This document shows, piece after piece, positions 60,366 through 64,000 of a stretch of 64,000 nt of DNA. The notes below the pieces were generated by a model. It was not told where the DNA came from, searched no databases, and saw nothing but the letters and a program-made list of their open reading frames with translations. How positions within the stretch are numbered: the stretch's first letter is position 1; every line of letters starts with the position of its first letter. A program made the position numbers and the translations under genes. The stretch is from an uncultured delta proteobacterium (GTDB lineage: Bacteria > Desulfobacterota > Syntrophorhabdia > Syntrophorhabdales > WCHB1-27), in the NCBI GenBank assembly GCA_963810935.1, contig CAWEPK010000003.1, forward strand, positions 111,622-175,621, read 5' to 3'.

Positions 60366-61946
60366 ATGCTGGCAAATCAGGCAATAGTGCGCTTCCTGGA
60401 GCAAAGGGGGGCCACCCATCTTTTTCATTTGCCGGGGGTCCATACTCTCCCGCTGAACAGCGCCCTCGAAAACTCGCAGATCAGCGTACTCATGGCGAGG
60501 CACGAGGCGAACATGGCATTCATGGCGGACGGCTTTGCGAGGGCCTCAGGGGAGGCCGGGGTCGTCCTTGTCACGCCCGGGCCGGGCCTCGGCAACATCG
60601 TCACGGCCTGCATGGAGGCCCACGCGGACGACGTCCCAATGGTCTTTATCGTCATCGAGGCGGAGCGAAAGCGGGCAGACAAGGGGGTGCTCCACGGCAT
60701 GAAGGCGCCGGAGGCGCTGCTTGCGGGAATAGCGAAGGCGGTCTTCGTCGTCTCCGAGGCAAAAGACGTGATCGGAAGCCTGGACGCAGCTTTCCGCGCA
60801 GCCACGTCAGGAAGAAAAGGGCCGGTTGCCGTATTTATCCCTTACCCTTTTCTCGAAAAAGAGGTTCCCTATCCGCCTTCCGGCGGGGTTGCCCGCGCGG
60901 AAAAGGCGGCCTCCTTCGATCCGGGCCCGCTTGAGAAAATAGTGCGAGGCAGCAGCAAACCCGTGATCGTCGGCGGGGGCGGCCTGCTCGACAAAGGCAT
61001 AAACAAGCTGCTTGACGGCCTTTGCGGCAAATCGTCGATACCGTTTCTCGCGAGCGCGAGGGGGAAGGGCGCAGTCCGCGAGGACAGGACATACGCCTTC
61101 GGCAGCGTCATGGGCCGGGGCACGGCGAGGCGGATACTCAATGCCTCGGACCTCGTAATCGCGGTCGGCACGAGGCTCAGGGAGGTAGATACCAAACGGA
61201 GGGGCGTGAAGCTGCCCCACCTCGTCCACATAGACGTCGACGACCGATGGATAGGCCGGAATTACAGGCCCGAGGCGTCGATGACGGGCGATATGAAAAG
61301 TGCAGTGGAATCGCTTGCCGCAATCATGAAGGGCAGAAAGTCTTCATGGGACATGGAGGCCCTGGCCGCAGCGCGTGCGAAAGAGGAGGCAGCCCTCGAA
61401 AAAGAGAGCGAAGGTTTCCGCATCGTCAGGCGCATAAGGGGGAGCATCCCGGACGAGACGGTGACCGTCTGGGACCTCACGCTCATCTATTACTGGGCCG
61501 AGTTCCACTTCCCCGTCTACCATCCCCGCACGTTCATAAGCCCGAGGGGCATCTCCACGATCTTCTATGGGTTCCCGGCCGCAGCAGGCGCCTGCCTCGG
61601 AAAACCAGGCGCCCCGTGCCTCTGCGTCACCGGGGACGGGAGTTTCACCGCCCTGGCAGGGGAGCTTGCCACCATCCGGGCCCGTAATCTCCCGGTCGTT
61701 ATTCTCGTTTACAATAATGGCGAGTACGGGCTCCTCGAAGGCTACATGAGAAAGCGCCACGGCATAGAAAAGCAGATGATGCTGGCGAACCCGGACCTTA
61801 TCCGGCTGGCCGGCTCTTTCGGGATAAAGGCGAAGGCGGCGTCAAGCCTCGACGAGCTGGCGGCAGTCTTCCGCCGCGACATCAAATGGAACGAGCCTTA
61901 CCTGATCGACTTCCGCTACCCGGAGATAGCCCCGCCGTGGGATTGA
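60366..61946 (+). CDS. Thiamine-pyrophosphate-binding enzyme (acetolactate synthase-like superfamily)
   Basis: LPGVH, RHEANMAFMADGFAR, TPGPG, GDGSF...YNN. Confidence 0.9.
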   Translation: MLANQAIVRFLEQRGATHLFHLPGVHTLPLNSALENSQISVLMARHEANMAFMADGFARASGEAGVVLVTPGPGLGNIVTACMEAHADDVPMVFIVIEAERKRADKGVLHGMKAPEALLAGIAKAVFVVSEAKDVIGSLDAAFRAATSGRKGPVAVFIPYPFLEKEVPYPPSGGVARAEKAASFDPGPLEKIVRGSSKPVIVGGGGLLDKGINKLLDGLCGKSSIPFLASARGKGAVREDRTYAFGSVMGRGTARRILNASDLVIAVGTRLREVDTKRRGVKLPHLVHIDVDDRWIGRNYRPEASMTGDMKSAVESLAAIMKGRKSSWDMEALAAARAKEEAALEKESEGFRIVRRIRGSIPDETVTVWDLTLIYYWAEFHFPVYHPRTFISPRGISTIFYGFPAAAGACLGKPGAPCLCVTGDGSFTALAGELATIRARNLPVVILVYNNGEYGLLEGYMRKRHGIEKQMMLANPDLIRLAGSFGIKAKAASSLDELAAVFRRDIKWNEPYLIDFRYPEIAPPWD

Positions 61947-61990
61947 TGTGTCGTGTCGCGCGTATGCAACTACTATGCATCCGGTGGTAG

Positions 61991-62245
61991 TGATAAAGAC
62001 AAAGGCGGATGTTGTGGCAAGGTTAGGACTCGCGCCTGAAGGAATCGCGCTATGCGGCGCCCTGCTCAGCGCGTGCCCTCCGACGTTTACCACCCCCATG
62101 CATCGTGGCACCTTTTCAACAGGCTTGGAACGTGGGGGTACCCGGCAAACCTAGTTTCAACTGATATGGGTTGGCCTCCGGCCGACGCGCTTCACATTGC
62201 ATCCGCCTATCGTGATTTCTCCAGGCGCTCCTTAAGACCACGGCA
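61991..62245 (+). repeat. Modular intergenic repeat, copy 6 (A-B-C and part of D)
   Basis: cgcgctatgcggcgccctgctcagcgcgtgccctccgacgtttaccac...caacaggcttggaacgtgggggtacccggcaaacc nearly identical to copy 4. Confidence 0.92.
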
Positions 62246-62317
62246 GCAATTGGGCCGGGGGCCAATTGCTGCAACTGCGGGTGGGATGTAATTGTAAGGG
62301 CTACTGTTCGCTCTCTT

Positions 62318-62388
62318 CCGTCATTCCGGCGTACGCCGGAATCCATGGATCCGAGAGACCTGGCCTCCGGCTTTCGCCGTGGTGACGG
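62318..62388. repeat. REP/RPE-like palindromic element
   Basis: ccgtcattccggcgtacgccggaatcca...tggcctccggctttcgccgtggtgacgg; same family as 14350. Confidence 0.75.
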
Positions 62389-62512
62389 AGAAAGGAAGAA
62401 AAATCTTCGTGAACGATTGCTGCAACTGCGAGTGGTCGGTAATCGGCAAGGTTGATATTAAGAGAATTTGAGGTGAGGTCGGTGGTTACGGCAATACGTG
62501 GGTGACATATTG

Positions 62513-63202
62513 CTAGACCATCAGGTACTTCTTCTTCACTTCCTCGTTGGCTTCGAGCTCCGCTACGGTGCCCTGGAACCTGATGCGGCCGTTGTCGATG
62601 ACATAGGCCCGCTCTATCATCTTCATGGCCGATTTGATGTTTTGCTCGGAGAGAATGATGCTTATCCCCGCGTCTCTCAGTTTCAATATTTGCCGCTCCA
62701 GGTCACGGACGATGAGCGGGGCGAGCCCTTCCGTCGGCTCGTCGAGAAGCAGTATCTCTGGGCTTGTCATGAGGGAGCGCCCTATGGTGAGCATCTGCTG
62801 CTCGCCGCCGCTTAAGTGACCGGCCCTGCGGTCCTTGATCTCCCTGAGGGCAGGGAAGAGACTGTAAATCCGCTCTTTGTTCCATTCGCCGCCGCGCCTG
62901 TACGTGATCTCGAGGTTGTCGTCCACCGAGAGGCCGGCGAATACGCGGCGGTCGTCGGGCACGTATGCTATGCCCTGCCTGACGATGATGTGTGAGTGCT
63001 TGCCGGCAATCGATTGTCCGTGGAAGGTGATCGTCCCCTGTTTCGGCGGCGTAAGGCCGGCTATGCTCCTCATGGTCGTGCTCTTGCCTGCGCCGTTCCT
63101 GCCCAAAAGGCCCACGATCTCGCCTTTCGATATCTCCAGCGACACGTCATAAAGGATGTGGCTCAGGCCGTAATAGGTGTGAATGCCCGTTACCTTCAGC
63201 AT
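62513..63202 (-). CDS. livF: Branched-chain amino acid-type ABC transporter ATP-binding protein
   Basis: GRNGAGKST, LSGGEQQML, LDEPTEGLAP, SEQN. Confidence 0.9.
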   Translation of the reverse strand: MLKVTGIHTYYGLSHILYDVSLEISKGEIVGLLGRNGAGKSTTMRSIAGLTPPKQGTITFHGQSIAGKHSHIIVRQGIAYVPDDRRVFAGLSVDDNLEITYRRGGEWNKERIYSLFPALREIKDRRAGHLSGGEQQMLTIGRSLMTSPEILLLDEPTEGLAPLIVRDLERQILKLRDAGISIILSEQNIKSAMKMIERAYVIDNGRIRFQGTVAELEANEEVKKKYLMV

Positions 63203-63942
63203 GACTCGTCGCTCCCGCCCAGGTACGCGTCCTGCACGGCCTGGTTGCAGCGGACCTCTTCGCAGACGTCCTGCACGATCGTTGCGCCGCGCACCATCAC
63301 CATTATCCTGTTGGCAATCGCGAAGACAAGCTCCATATCATGCTCGCAGAAAAGTATGGTGAGGCCGAACTCTTTAGAAAGCTTCTTTATAAGGTCGATG
63401 CAGTGGGTTGTCTCTTCGGGGGACATGCCTGCCGTCGGCTCGTCGAGGATAAGGAACTCGGGCTTGCCGCCCAAAGCTATGGCGATCTCCAGGACCTTTC
63501 TCTCGCCGTGCGAGAGGGCCGCGCTTGCCCGGTTCTTTCTCGCTTCGAGGCCCACGCTCTTAATGATGTCGCTCGTCTCGTCGGTGGCTATCCTGCTGGC
63601 AGGCGTAAACATGCCCCATGTTTTGTTCTCTCTGGCGAGGACTGAGACGCGGACGTTCTCGAACACGCTAAGCTTCGGAAAGACGTTGACCACCTGGAAG
63701 GAGCGCGAAAGGCCCTTCTTGCACAGGTCGTAAGGAGCCATACCCGTGATGTTCTCGCCCTTGAAGAAAACGTTCCCCGCGTCCGGCTTCAGTATGCCGC
63801 TGATCAGGTTGAACAGCGTCGTTTTACCGGCGCCGTTCGGCCCTATGACGGCAACGATCTCGCCCTTGCCTACGTGCAGGTTGGCGCCGTTTACCGCCTT
63901 GAAGCCGGAAAATGATTTGTGTATGCCTTCTACCTTCAGCAT
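63196..63942 (-). CDS. livG: Branched-chain amino acid-type ABC transporter ATP-binding protein
   Basis: GPNGAGKTTLFN, RSFQ, LDEPTAGMS, EHDM, AYLG. Confidence 0.9.
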   Translation of the reverse strand: MLKVEGIHKSFSGFKAVNGANLHVGKGEIVAVIGPNGAGKTTLFNLISGILKPDAGNVFFKGENITGMAPYDLCKKGLSRSFQVVNVFPKLSVFENVRVSVLARENKTWGMFTPASRIATDETSDIIKSVGLEARKNRASAALSHGERKVLEIAIALGGKPEFLILDEPTAGMSPEETTHCIDLIKKLSKEFGLTILFCEHDMELVFAIANRIMVMVRGATIVQDVCEEVRCNQAVQDAYLGGSDESC

Positions 63943-64000
63943 TACTTGCCTGCCAGCGCGGCCTTCGATTCGGCCGCTGCTTTGCCTTTCTACAATGGTT

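Noticed and set aside
63942..64000. 3' end of a livM-type permease upstream of livG
   Set aside because: Likely from context (TAATG overlap), but only about 15 codons are visible and that frame has a stop near the window edge, so it is not called.

Overview
A GC-rich chromosomal segment from an anaerobic Gram-negative bacterium. Gene content (benzoyl-CoA ring-cleavage had/oah/dch, DUF3786, a large Mo/W-pterin cluster) suggests a Syntrophorhabdus/Syntrophus-like Desulfobacterota; this is inference only. Housekeeping and metabolic blocks: rpe, lolD/lolE-lysS-rimO, a Moco/Wco cluster (mogA, MOSC, moaC, moaA, two moeA, yqeC) with folE2/queD, uup, a receiver-domain-LpxC fusion, an egtD plus metallopterin-oxidoreductase/cysteine-desulfurase fusion (anaerobic ergothioneine synthesis, MES type), a heavy-metal RND efflux system, an ECF sigma factor convergent on a zinc-finger/pseudo-protease/TPR partner, glmM, radA, a complete pdaD-speB-CASDH-nspC spermidine pathway, and livG/livF. 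The most unusual signal is non-coding. A modular, multi-hairpin repeat family of about 300 bp occurs six times, always just after a stop codon and in the sense orientation of that gene. It shows compensatory base changes, one copy has two internal modules swapped, and two inverted pairs bracket AT-richer orphan genes. Also noted: an orphan Pol-beta-type nucleotidyltransferase, a candidate switch-like RNA leader before pdaD, a sigma54 promoter with three phased upstream sites, and many scattered frameshifts that are probably assembly errors. No rRNA, tRNA, CRISPR array, transposase or integrase was recognised.
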